A program made the position numbers and the translations under genes. 64,000 bases of DNA from the NCBI GenBank assembly GCA_965220075.1, contig OZ244806.1, positions 2,648,371 to 2,712,370 on the forward strand, written 5' to 3'. Source of the stretch: Chloroflexota bacterium. GTDB lineage: Bacteria; Chloroflexota; UBA11872. Shown piece after piece: positions 1 through 11,838 of this stretch (positions within the stretch are counted from its first letter, which is position 1; every line of letters starts with the position of its first letter). Below the pieces are notes generated by a model. That model did no database searches. It saw only the letters and a program-made list of their open reading frames with translations, and was not told where the DNA came from.

Positions 1-1819
<1,819 letters not shown>

Positions 1820-1823
<4 letters not shown>

Positions 1824-3403
1824 TCGAGGGCTCCCTGGGCGAACCAGCGCGCGTGGGCGCGGTCGTGATAGAGCACGAGGCCGCTGCCGTCATCCAGCAG
1901 CACGTGCAGATAGTCGCGGTCTACTGCATCCGCCCACCAGCCGGTCTGCACGCGCTGCGGACCGTAGCGGGCGACGACTCTCCTGGTCGTGCCCCCCAGC
2001 GTCACGCGGCTGGCGCCGTCGGCCTGGCTGACGCTGACCGGGCGCGGCGGTGTGAAGAGCCGCGTGAGACCGCGCGCGCCCGCGAGTCCAGCCAGCCACG
2101 CCGCGGAGAGCGGGGAGGCCTCGCGTGCTTGGGAGGTATCGACGTAGGCGTCAATCCGGCGGACGGCGCTATCGAGGGTCCAGGCGTCGGGACGGAGCTC
2201 GGTGCGGAACAGCGCGGCGTCGCCCAATTGCGCCCGCAAGCGGCTGATCGCGTGGTTGGCGCGCTCCAGGCGCTGCGATCGGTTGACGAGCAGGCTCGGC
2301 TGCTTGCCGGCGAGCGGCATCAGGCGCCGCACCTCCAGGCGGATGCGCGCCACGCCGGGTTCGTGCGGTGCGACTTCCGGCTCTTCGGCGCCCGCCCGTG
2401 CGGCGTCGGCCCAGGCGTCAAGGCGCCAGCGGGCAACGTCCCGAAAGGTGCGGTAGTCGGCGGACGGCTCGGGCAGATGCAGCGTGAACCGCTGAACTGT
2501 GCCGTCGGCCCAGCAGATCCGGCTGCCAACCTGCTGGGCCATCAGTCCCCGTTGTGCCAGCCGGGCGGCCAATCGCTGGGCCAGGGCCTGCAGTGCGAAC
2601 GCGAGGCGGTCGACGCTGTGCTCCTCCCACTCGAGCTCGACGGTTTCATGCAGGACTAGCAGCCGCTTGCGGCCTTGCAAGGGCCGCACGTCCCGGCCTC
2701 GCGCCAGCCGCCACGCCTGCGCTCCCTCTGTCCCGTAGCGGGAGCGCACCGCGTTGGCGGGCAAGCCGGCAAAGGCGCCGATGGTGGCGAGGCCGAGCAA
2801 TTGCAGGTTGGCGAGCGTCCGCTCGGGCAGCGGGAGCAGGTGTATGGGCCGCTCGGCGAGATAGGCGCGGTCGTCGGTTGGTACTACGGCGACGTCCTGG
2901 GCGCCCGCCGTGCGGGCCGCTACTTCCGCCGCAAAGCGTCCCGCCGCCAGGCCCACGTGGGCCTTCTGCCCGGTCGCCGCCGCGATGTCGCCGCGCACCC
3001 GCGCGCCCAGCGCCGCAGCGGGTCCATAGAGCGGTGCGAGGCCGACCGCGTCGGCAAAGACCAGCCCCACGCCGGCGTCCTCCACCAGCGGTGAGAAGCG
3101 ATCCAGCACGTCCAGCACGGTCTCGAAGGCTCGGGCGTATCGCGGCGGATCGTCCGGAAGGTAGACGCCTTGCGGGCAGCGCTGCGCCGCTTCCTTGAGC
3201 GCCATGCCCGGCCGCAGCCCCGCGCGCTGAGCGGCGCCGGATACCTCGATCAGCCGACGCTGGCTAGACCGCGGCGCGTAGATCGCGAGGGGCCGCGCCG
3301 ACCAGGCTGGGTTCTCGCAAGCTTCCAGGGCGGTCCGGAAGTGCGGGATCCAGATGCAGATCGTCTCTCGGTCCATGCCGCCTCCCCAGGAAGGGACAGT
3401 CAA
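1820..3403 (-). CDS. imuB: ImuB, Y-family DNA polymerase-like mutasome subunit
   Basis: The 527-aa ORF has an N-terminal ICIWIPHF motif resembling the ImuB/DinB start LALWLPDWP and a Y-family fold. It sits between imuA' and dnaE2 in the canonical order. An internal Met at ~3376 may be the true start. Confidence 0.8.
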
Positions 3404-4100
3404 CGGTCAGCCGTTGGATCGCCATCGCGCGGCGCGTTTTCAGGATGTGCACGTCGAGGATCAGGCCCACGGGCAGCTGGCCCAGGCCGCTCCGCCGCCA
3501 GCGCCAGCCGCGGCAGGCCACGCCGAGGCGCAGCGAGGCGAGATAGGGCAGGCCGGTGATGCGCGGGCCGACGTGCTCGGTCACCACCACGACCCCCGTC
3601 CCGCCACGACCCGCCAGGTCGGCGAGGTGGGCGAAACGGTTGGCGCGGGGCCGGGCGTCCCCGAGGTCCAGCAGCAGGGCCTCGAAGCCGTCGCTGCGCA
3701 GCAAAGTCGCGGCCGCCCGCAGCGCCGTGTCAGCGTCCGGCGGGCGCACCACCACCAGGCGCAGCAGATCGAGTCCCAGCGCCACTCCCGCGATGGGGGA
3801 GAACGTGCCAGGAAGATCGATGCAGGCCGCCAACCCGCCGGTATCGAGCGCCGCGGCCAGCGCCCGCAGCCCCAGCGTCAGCGCGCCGCTGGCGGCCGGG
3901 CCGGTGATCTCGCTCACGCGGCCCTGGGGAATCCCGTCGAACCCGGTGGCGCGATCCAGCTCGGGGATGCCGGTCGATAGGCTGGCCAACGGCGGGGTGA
4001 CTCCGAACAGCCGCCCCGAGGCCTGTAGCCCCCAGCGCCGCTCTACCTGGCGGAGGGCATGCTGGACCGCGGCGGGACGCCCGGCGTCGGGTGATGGCAC
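3264..4100 (-). CDS. imuA: ImuA' (RecA-fold, SulA-like) mutasome accessory protein
   Basis: The 278-aa ORF carries a degenerate RecA-like P-loop region (STGIPELD...GRVSEITGPAASGALTL, no Lys). Its position upstream of imuB-dnaE2 fits the cassette. Confidence 0.7.
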   Translation of the reverse strand: MPSPDAGRPAAVQHALRQVERRWGLQASGRLFGVTPPLASLSTGIPELDRATGFDGIPQGRVSEITGPAASGALTLGLRALAAALDTGGLAACIDLPGTFSPIAGVALGLDLLRLVVVRPPDADTALRAAATLLRSDGFEALLLDLGDARPRANRFAHLADLAGRGGTGVVVVTEHVGPRITGLPYLASLRLGVACRGWRWRRSGLGQLPVGLILDVHILKTRRAMAIQRLTVDCPFLGRRHGPRDDLHLDPALPDRPGSLREPSLVGAAPRDLRAAV

Positions 4101-4771
4101 AGCTGGAAGCCTTGGTGGAATGAGTGAGCCAATATACCAGACAAAAACCGAACATAGGCCGTAGACCCACCGCCCTATCGACGCGCCGGGACCCCATCAG
4201 GCCTGTATGCGGGGCAAGCCGCGGCGAGCACCGGGTGGCATTAGCGGGCGCCGGTCGCGGGCTAAGCGGATCCTTTCCACCACCGTGCGGCGACTCGGCC
4301 ACGCCCCTGAGAGATCAACCCGAACCCCAGCGCGAAAGGTGTAGATTTTGTGTGCTTGGTCGTCGTAGGGGCCGTATTCAGAGCTTTAGAGTGGGCAGTT
4401 GCGCAAGGAGCGGTGGTCTTCTTTACATCACGCCAGACCCCGAGAGGGGTACCCTGCGTCAAGCAGCCACACCCACGCACCGCACGCGCAAGTCCGAACC
4501 GGGCGCACCTATTGGCAAGCGCTTTGACGGTGTCCCCGACGATTGTCGAAATCTCAGTCGCCGGCGCTCTCCTGAGAGCCGAATAGAGTCTGCCTTCGTG
4601 AAGTCCTCTCACTCCCCGAATAACGTGTTCACTGACGCTGTCCGAGCCGGTGGCATATGTCGAAGAAGCTCACGCGGCCGAAGATATTGTCCACTCAAAC
4701 AACTACGTCAACCCGGCAAAACTCACTTCTTTGCGGCAACGCAAATCCACATGGACGCAGCGAGGTGAAGC

Positions 4772-6033
4772 GTGTCTGCATCTAAAGATGAGAAGTTCTC
4801 TCTAGCTCCCTTTAGTATCCGCCGCAATTCGATTCACATAAACCTACTCATGCTGATGGTTATTTCGCTTGTCATTTTAAGCACTATTTTGAGCCAATGC
4901 TCCTTCAACAACGTCCACGATGCGCTGAGCGCCGATTTAGAAGACTTGCGTCAGTCCGAGAGCGCCGCTGACGTTTCTACGGGCGAGACAATGGACAGAA
5001 CGACGCAGGCGGTTTCAACGGGCCAAACACAGCTACTGATTACAGGGATTGCCGCCGTCGTCCTGGCAGTGTTAACCACGGTTCGGTTGATAGCCGTCGG
5101 GATACGATCTGTGGCTTTGGAGCTCTGGATACGCCGCATGGGCACAGGTGACTTGGACTATAGAGTTGAGATGAAGGGCAAAGATGAAATTGTGGAACTA
5201 TCCATCGCGCTCGAGGAGCTTAGACAGCGTTCCATAAAGGCCCTGCAGTTGAATCTCGTTGAAAAATTGTCCAGGGGTCTTCAGGAAAAGAACGCCGAGC
5301 TCGAGCGGGTCCTGGTAGAGCTCAGGCAGACGCAGGGTCAGATCATCCTGCGGCAGAAGCTGGTCGAGCTAGGGGAGTTGACCGCCGGGGTCGCCCATGA
5401 GATCAGAAACCCACTCAATTTTATGAAGAACTTCTCCGAAGCATCCGATCGCATGGCGACCGCGCCGACCGCATTGTCCGCGACATGCTCATGATCGGTC
5501 GCGGAGGTGGGAAAGCCCAACTGGTGGATATAAATGACCTGCTCAAGAAACATGCGTTGATCGCCTACCGCAGTGCGCATGCGCTTGACGAGGAATACCG
5601 GTTAGACATAAGATATGATCTCGATCCAAGCGCGGGAAAGCTATCGTTGGTCTCTGAGGACATAGCCCGTGTGTTCCTTAACTTGGTGGGCAACACATGT
5701 TACGCCACAGACGAGAAGCGGCGGGAGGTTGAAGGGGATCGCGAGCCTTACACGCCCACGCTGTGGTTGAGCACGGAACGGAAAGAGGATGCTGTGGAGG
5801 TGCAAATCCGAGATAACGGCATCGGCATCCCCACGGACGCTATTGATAAGATATTCAATCCTTTCTTTACCACGAAACCAACCGACAAAGGGACCGGATT
5901 AGGGCTGAGTCTTTCGAGTGACATCGTTCGACAGCATGGCGGCTCAATAACGCCTGTATCCCAACCCGGAGAATACACTGAGATGATTGTCTCCATCCCT
6001 GTTTCCGGGGATCTTGCCTCGGCCAGCGAATAA
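4772..6033 (+). pseudogene. Membrane sensor histidine kinase (2 TM + HAMP + HisKA + HATPase_c), disrupted by a frameshift near 5430-5455
   Basis: ORF 4772..5494 carries two TM segments, a HAMP domain and the H-box (AHEIRNPLNFMKNFSE). ORF 5485..6033, in a different frame, carries the rest of HisKA (SIRSHGDRADRIVRDMLMIGRGG) and HATPase_c (N, G1, G2 boxes: DNGIGIP, GTGLGLS). A stop at 5425-5427 in the second frame places the shift between 5428 and 5455. G+C is visibly lower than the flanks and no response regulator is adjacent. Confidence 0.6.
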
Positions 6034-6094
6034 GCGGCCGCAAACGGCAATAGAACGGCGCCTGCCGGTCGATATGACCGGCAGGCGCCGTGTG

Positions 6095-8164
6095 CTAGCG
6101 GCTGTAGCCGGAGGACGGAGTCGGCGGGGCCTGGACGCGGGCGCTTTCGGCCATCTGTGCGAGCAGGAAGGCGAAGTCATGGTAGGCGCCCAGACCGCCG
6201 AGGCGCTTCTGGAGCACCCGCAGCTGCTCTTCCAGTTCGGATAGATCGCTGGAGACGCTTACGGCGCCACCCTCGCCGCCTTCAGGCAGGCTGCTGTAGC
6301 GATCGGACGCAAGGGCGACGATCGCCCCAAGCTGGAGCAGAGGGTCGACCTGCGACCCGGTCAGGCTGGTGTCGAGCCGGCCGGCCACCTCGGCCTGGAC
6401 AGCCCGCGATTGCCCAGTGTCGGGAACTACCCAGCGCAGCTCAACCCGGCCCAGCCTGACGTCCTGGGCCGCGCGGCCGAGCACCCGATCGTGCAGCTCA
6501 AGCTCATAGAAGACCGTAGTGGCCGCGCCCGAGGGAATCTCGGCGAATTCCTTGCGGTCCTGCGCGAAGTTCTGGTCGGCGGTGACCCGGTTCTCGTAGC
6601 CAACGATGCGCCACGACCTGACCACGTCGGGGTCCCAGGTGACCTGCGCGCGGGTCTGGTCGGCGAAGGGCGTGGAGAGGGCGAGCCAGTTTTCGCGGCT
6701 GAAGGTGCTGCGCGCCTGGCCGGTGTCGTCGAGATAGCGGTACCAGCCGTTGCCGTAGTGCGCCAGCTGCTCCAGCAAGACGTCGTTGTAGTTGGCGACG
6801 CCGACGCCGATGGTGATCAGGCGCAGCGGGTTGCCGGCGTTGCTGTCATAGGCCGACTCCAGGATCGCGAACGGGTTGGTGGCGTCCACGTTGGCGACGC
6901 CGTCGGACATCAAGATGACGTAGTTGTAGGCGTCGGGACGTTCGAGGCGCGCCTGGTTGGCCAGCTGGACGCCGAGGTTGAGGCCGGCCTGCACGTTGGT
7001 GCTGCCATGCGGCTCAAGTCGATCGATGGAATCTACGACCGCCGACTGGTCGGGCGCCCGGTGCGTGACGGTGAGGTCTTCGATAACCCAGTCGGTGAAG
7101 TGGACTACGGCCACGCGGTCGCGCGGTCGCAGGCTTTGCCGGATGGTCTCCGCCGCGGCGCGGGCGATGTCCACCCGGTTCCCGTCGCTCATCGAGCCTG
7201 AGGCGTCGAGCACCAGCGTCACGTTGAGCGGCCGGTCATCGGGTACCTCGGCCGCCTGGAAGGCGATTCGGGCCAGATGCCTGCGCTCGTTCAGCGGGTG
7301 CATGGCGACGTCGCTGGAGATCGCAAAGCCCCATCGGTCCGCCGGTTGGGCGTACTGGTAGTCGAAGGCGTTGATCCACTCCTCGGACCGCACCGAGTCC
7401 GGCTCGATGTCATAGCCCTCACGAGCCCAGGCGAGCGCCAACTGGTAGGAGGTGCGGTCGGTATCCAAGCTGAAGGTCGAGACGGCGTCTTGTGACGTGT
7501 CGACGAAGGGTTGCCGCCCGAGGTCCTGGAAGGTGGTGTCGGGGGGCCGGGCGGGAGCGCCGCCGCGATCGGCATCGGCCGGCACCGGCGCTCTGCCTAT
7601 GGCCTCTACCACCACCGTCTTGGCGACTGTCACAGTGACCACCTTCTCGACAGTCTTGGTGACAGGCACCTCCCTGGCGACGGCCTTCTCGACCGCCGCC
7701 GTGACGATTCGGGCGGGAGCCGCCGTGGCCGCGGCGACGCCCCGTGTAACGGGTCGAGTGGGAGCTCGCGTCGACACGGCGACGCCCGACGCGGCGGCTG
7801 AGGTGGGAACTGGCGTCATCGCGGCGGCTGCCGGCGTGACAACCTTCTCGACCTCGGCCACCGTCGCTTCCGACTGAGCGCCCGGCTCAGGTCCATCGTC
7901 GATGGCGCGGGCGGCCAGGAAGACGGCCGAGGCGGCCACCGCGACGGCGCCGCCGGTTGCCATTACGGGGAACCAGTTGTGCTTGGCGGCCGCGAGGATC
8001 TTGCGTCGAATCCGCGCCACGGGATGCGGCGAGGCCTGCGGTTCGAGACGGCTTTCCAGCGACTCCCAGAGGTTCGCGGGAGCGCGAAGGTCGTTGGCTT
8101 CGGCCGCGAAGTGCTCACGCAGCACGCGTCCCATGTCCTGGTATGACGAGTGGTTACTGGCCAT
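6095..8164 (-). CDS. Anti-sigma factor with single TM and extracytoplasmic YfbK-like module (vWA N-terminal domain + vWA + DUF3520-like)
   Basis: The 689-aa ORF has an N-terminal RskA-like anti-sigma region and a TM helix (WFPVMATGGAVAVAASAVFLAARAI). A T/V/A/P-rich linker follows, then a vWA MIDAS region (LVLDASGSMS ... ILMSDGVAN). Its 3' end overlaps the ECF sigma gene by 11 nt. Confidence 0.7.
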   Translation of the reverse strand: MASNHSSYQDMGRVLREHFAAEANDLRAPANLWESLESRLEPQASPHPVARIRRKILAAAKHNWFPVMATGGAVAVAASAVFLAARAIDDGPEPGAQSEATVAEVEKVVTPAAAAMTPVPTSAAASGVAVSTRAPTRPVTRGVAAATAAPARIVTAAVEKAVAREVPVTKTVEKVVTVTVAKTVVVEAIGRAPVPADADRGGAPARPPDTTFQDLGRQPFVDTSQDAVSTFSLDTDRTSYQLALAWAREGYDIEPDSVRSEEWINAFDYQYAQPADRWGFAISSDVAMHPLNERRHLARIAFQAAEVPDDRPLNVTLVLDASGSMSDGNRVDIARAAAETIRQSLRPRDRVAVVHFTDWVIEDLTVTHRAPDQSAVVDSIDRLEPHGSTNVQAGLNLGVQLANQARLERPDAYNYVILMSDGVANVDATNPFAILESAYDSNAGNPLRLITIGVGVANYNDVLLEQLAHYGNGWYRYLDDTGQARSTFSRENWLALSTPFADQTRAQVTWDPDVVRSWRIVGYENRVTADQNFAQDRKEFAEIPSGAATTVFYELELHDRVLGRAAQDVRLGRVELRWVVPDTGQSRAVQAEVAGRLDTSLTGSQVDPLLQLGAIVALASDRYSSLPEGGEGGAVSVSSDLSELEEQLRVLQKRLGGLGAYHDFAFLLAQMAESARVQAPPTPSSGYSR

Positions 8165-8711
8165 GTCCGTAAGCCTCTCTGGCGCCGCCCGCTGTGAGCT
8201 GATCTCGAAGCTGGCCGAGTGCGCGGTGCAGCCTGGATTTGACGGTGCCCTCGCGCACGCCGATCGCCTCGGCCAGTTGGGGCACCGTTAGGTCGGCGAA
8301 GTAGCGCAAGACCACGACCTGCCGGTGGTCCGGATTGAGGCCGGCCAGGGCCTGCCTGATCGCCTGGCGGTCGAACTGCGCCTCCACCGCTTCAACCGGA
8401 TGGGAGTCGTCATCCGCCTGGTTATGGTCTTCAAGCGGGACCGTGGGAACCGCCCGCTTTCTACGCTGCGACACGATCGCGTTCACCAGAATGCGAACGA
8501 GCCACGGTTTGACCGGGCGGCCGCTGCGGAAGCCTTTGATTCCCCGCCAGGCGGAGAGCAAGGCCTCCTGGACCTGCTCCTCGGCCAGCGCGCGGTTCCC
8601 GGTCATTAGGAGCGCCGTGCCGTAGAGCACGTCTTTGTACTGCTCCACCAGATGGCGGAACGCTTCGTGCTCACCGTCCTGACAACGCAGAACGGCTTGT
8701 TCATCGGTCAT
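8154..8711 (-). CDS. ECF (sigma-70 family, group 4) RNA polymerase sigma factor
   Basis: The 185-aa ORF has sigma region 2 (ALEALLSAWRGIKGF) and region 4 (VVVLRYFADLTVPQLAEAIGVREGTVKSRLHRAL). It is co-oriented and overlapping with the anti-sigma gene. Confidence 0.85.
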   Translation of the reverse strand: MTDEQAVLRCQDGEHEAFRHLVEQYKDVLYGTALLMTGNRALAEEQVQEALLSAWRGIKGFRSGRPVKPWLVRILVNAIVSQRRKRAVPTVPLEDHNQADDDSHPVEAVEAQFDRQAIRQALAGLNPDHRQVVVLRYFADLTVPQLAEAIGVREGTVKSRLHRALGQLRDQLTAGGAREAYGHGQ

Positions 8712-8747
8712 ATGCCGCCCTCATGGCCCGTTCTCCTGCTGGGACTC

Positions 8748-8785
8748 TAATCAACACTACGCACGGTTGGGTGGAATCGTTCCCT
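8748..8785 (-). promoter_or_regulatory. Candidate autoregulated ECF-type promoter (GGAAC - 17 nt - CGTA) upstream of the ECF sigma gene
   Basis: The reverse complement of 8748-8785 reads GGGAACgattccacccaaccgtgCGTAgtg, about 37 nt upstream of the start codon. The spacer is one nt longer than the usual 16. This is a pattern match only. Confidence 0.3.
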
Positions 8786-9099
8786 GCCCACGTCGGCGGG
8801 GAACGTGTGCGGGTCCACGGGAGCGTCTGGGGCGGCGGGTCCGCCGGCCGTGGCGTTTGCGGTTCGACAGGCTCACCGCGAACGGATGCGGGGGCCGCTT
8901 TTGCCAGGCGGAGGAATAAGGTGCGCCTACGCACGTCGTCAGCCCGGCCGGTTCGGGCCAACTACGTCTGATCAGTTGGGACGGGCCGGCACTTCGGTTC
9001 TGAGCGGCCAGGCGGCCGTGCACTCACTGGGTAGGCGTAAAAAAAGTCATCATTTGATGCATACTATGGTGCTCACGGCTTTGAGAACCGGGGGATGAG

Positions 9100-9297
9100 G
9101 TGAGAACGACCCTGAACCTCGACGAACGGTTGTTGGACGAAGCTCAACGACTCACCGGCATCGACGGGAAAACCGCTCTGGTGAGAGAGAGCCTACGCGC
9201 TCTGATCGAACGGGAAAGCGCCCGGCGATTGGCGAGTCTGGGCGGAAGTGAGCCTCGGTTGCGGCCCATCCCACGCCGGAGAACGGCGTCTGGATGA
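9100..9297 (+). CDS. vapB: Type II antitoxin (VapB-like)
   Basis: The 65-aa ORF has a GTG start and a GGGGGATGAGG Shine-Dalgarno sequence upstream. Its stop overlaps the start of the PIN-domain gene by 4 nt. Confidence 0.6.
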   Translation: MRTTLNLDERLLDEAQRLTGIDGKTALVRESLRALIERESARRLASLGGSEPRLRPIPRRRTASG

Positions 9298-9665
9298 TTC
9301 TGGTCGATACGGCGGTCTGGATAGACCACCTGCGCGGCGGAGAGGCGCTCCTGGTGTCCCTCTTGCACGACAACCAGGTACTGGTTCACCCCATGGTTGT
9401 CGGTGAACTGGCTTGCGGCAATCTGCACAATCGGGACAACGTGCTCGAACTGCTTGGCGGGTTGCCTGAAGCGCCCGTAGCGGCTGATGACGAAGTGCTC
9501 GTCTTTATCGAACGGCACCGACTCATGGGCCGCGGGATTGGATACATCGACGCCCATCTTCTGGCAGCTACGGCGCTTGCCGAACCAACTCTCTTGTGGA
9601 CGAGCGACCGGCGGCTCATGGATGTGGCCGCAAAACTGAGTCTTGCCTATAGCCCGCCGCACTAG
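9294..9665 (+). CDS. vapC: PIN-domain ribonuclease toxin VapC
   Basis: The 123-aa ORF starts MILVDTAVWIDHL (conserved first acidic residue). Later acidic residues (…IDAHLL…TSD) fit the PIN fold. Confidence 0.8.
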   Translation: MILVDTAVWIDHLRGGEALLVSLLHDNQVLVHPMVVGELACGNLHNRDNVLELLGGLPEAPVAADDEVLVFIERHRLMGRGIGYIDAHLLAATALAEPTLLWTSDRRLMDVAAKLSLAYSPPH

Positions 9666-9989
9666 GCATGACCAGGGCCATGTCGCCGCACATTTCCAGC
9701 CACGTGCTGGTTCGGTGCAAGGCTCGGAACAGGTGCGGCCAGGAAGGGCGCCACATCCAGGGCGGTCCGTGGAGGCCACGACCCGAACCCCTCGTGAACT
9801 GGACAAGCACCAGCGCCACTTCGCGCTTGACGAAGCGCTGGCGTCGAACAGGCACGGTGCCAGCGAGCTCGGACCCGGCATCGGCAGTCGCGCGCGATCG
9901 GCTGTAGCATTGAGACCGGACGCGGTTGGGAGTGGGGAACCAGGGCGGAGGCCAGCTAAACCCTCTGGTTCCGGACAAAGGAGCCCGCA

Positions 9990-11564
9990 GTGCCGCCACG
10001 AAAGATGACCAAACGCGAGTTCCTGCGCGCCGTCGGCGGTGTGGCCGGGGTTGCCGCCACCTATCACACCATGAACGCGCTGGGCGTGCTGGGTCCCGAG
10101 ACGGCCCATGCAGCCTCACCCGATCTGCCCTACGGCTCAGGCTATGGGAAGCGCGTCGTCATCCTTGGCGCCGGGATCTCGGGCATGACGGCCGCCTACG
10201 AGCTATCGAAAGCGGACTACCACTGCACGATCCTGGAGGCCACCGACCGCGCCGGCGGCCGCAACATGACGGTGCGCGCGGGAGACGTGATCCGCGAGTC
10301 GGACAGCCGGCAATGGGTTGACTTCGACAGAGAGGACCATCTCTACGCAAACCTCGGTCCGGCCCGCATTCCCTACCACCACCGAACAATCCTGGGCTAT
10401 TGCAAGGAGTTCGGCGTCGAGCTGGAAGTCTTCACCAACGACAACCGCGGGGCGCTTTTCCACAACCTGGAGCGTTTCGGCGGCGAGCCCGTGGTGGGCC
10501 GGCGAGTCGCGACCGACCTGCGCGGGTACATAGCCGAGCTGCTCGCCAAGGCGGTGAATCGCAACGCGCTGGACAGCGAGCTGACGGGTGACGACAAGGA
10601 GCGCGTCCTGAGCATGCTGGTCGAGTTTGGCGACCTGAATCCCGATCATCTCTACAAAGGCTCAAGTCGAGGCGGTTATAGCGGTGAGCTCGTCAACGCG
10701 GGTCTTGCACCCGGGGACGTGGACGACCCGCTCGACTTCAGCGAGCTGCTCAGGTCGGAGTTCTGGGAGTACAAGCTGCACTTCGGCTACTTCCTCAACC
10801 AGAACCCAACGTTGTTCCAGCCGGTTGGCGGGATGGACGCCATCGCGAAGGCCTTCCAAGCGCGGGTGGGGCGTCTGATTCGGTACGGCAGCGTTGTCGA
10901 GGAGATCCGCAAGACGCCGAGCGGCGCCCGCATAGTCCACCGGAATCAGCGCCGCGGCGTGACGGAATCCCTGGACGCGGACTTCGTGATCTGCACCATA
11001 CCGGCGCCGGTCTTGAAGGGCATTCCCAACGACTTCGCGCCGGATATGCAAGCGGCCATCGAGTCGGTGGCGTTCGTCCCGGCCGTCAAGATTGGCTTCC
11101 AGACCCGCCGGCGCTTTTGGGAGGACGATCACGCCATCTACGGCGGCATCTCCTGGACCGACCAGGACATTACGCAGATCTGGTATCCGTCAAACGGATA
11201 TCACCGCGACAAAGGCGTCATCCTGGGCGCTTACATCTGGGACGACAAACCCGGCCAGGGCGAGCGCTTTGCCAACATGACCCCGCCGGAGCGCCTGCGG
11301 GCCGCCATCGCCGAGGGCGAGCGCCTGCACCCCGGGTATGCAGACGAGATTGAATCCGGCGTCAGCCGGGCCTGGCTCAAGGTGCCCTACCAGAAGGGCG
11401 GCTGGCCGGAGAGCTACAAGGCGCCGGCGCGTCTGCGCGAGCCCGACGGAGCGATCTACCTCGCGGGCGACCAGGTGACCGCCCTGCCGGGCTGGCAGGA
11501 GGGCGCCGCCCTGGCGGCCCACTCGGTGGTGAACGCCATCAACGACCGGGTAACGGCAAGCTAG
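9990..11564 (+). CDS. Flavin-containing amine oxidase / L-amino-acid oxidase family protein with Tat-like signal peptide
   Basis: The 524-aa ORF has a KREFLRAVGGVAGVAA leader followed by a dinucleotide-binding motif VVILGAGISGMTAAYEL and ILEATDRAGGR. An AAGGAG Shine-Dalgarno sequence precedes the GTG start. Confidence 0.8.
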   Translation: MPPRKMTKREFLRAVGGVAGVAATYHTMNALGVLGPETAHAASPDLPYGSGYGKRVVILGAGISGMTAAYELSKADYHCTILEATDRAGGRNMTVRAGDVIRESDSRQWVDFDREDHLYANLGPARIPYHHRTILGYCKEFGVELEVFTNDNRGALFHNLERFGGEPVVGRRVATDLRGYIAELLAKAVNRNALDSELTGDDKERVLSMLVEFGDLNPDHLYKGSSRGGYSGELVNAGLAPGDVDDPLDFSELLRSEFWEYKLHFGYFLNQNPTLFQPVGGMDAIAKAFQARVGRLIRYGSVVEEIRKTPSGARIVHRNQRRGVTESLDADFVICTIPAPVLKGIPNDFAPDMQAAIESVAFVPAVKIGFQTRRRFWEDDHAIYGGISWTDQDITQIWYPSNGYHRDKGVILGAYIWDDKPGQGERFANMTPPERLRAAIAEGERLHPGYADEIESGVSRAWLKVPYQKGGWPESYKAPARLREPDGAIYLAGDQVTALPGWQEGAALAAHSVVNAINDRVTAS

Positions 11565-11838
11565 CGCGAGGAGTGGTGCGCCGCCGTATCAGGATCGGCA
11601 GGCCGATCAACCCGCGGTGCCTGCCCGGACTGAAGCCCCGCTGCGGAAGTTCCTGACGGAGTAGTGGAGCGCCGCGCGGCCTGCGTTCGCGCTCATTGTT
11701 TCACCGGCTCATAGAGCCGCGCCTGAGCAGCATGAGAAAGTCGACAAAAAGTTTGACGCTGACGGCGCTCGCGCGGCAAAGTCTCGTAGGCTAGATGTGG
11801 ATTGTGACCACCCAAAATTGAGGACCGGGAGAGCGAGC

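Noticed and set aside
4101-4771. Possible tRNA, RNase P, SRP or tmRNA gene in the long spacer.
   Set aside because: No T-loop (GGTTCGAATCC-like) motif and no characteristic conserved motifs of these RNAs were found on reading the sequence. Only weak partial resemblances were seen, for example to the SRP helix-8 motif.
11565-11838. Candidate sigma-70 promoter (TTGACG … TAGGCT) upstream of aapJ.
   Set aside because: The spacing between the putative -35 and -10 hexamers does not fit 16-18 nt. It is not reported as a feature.
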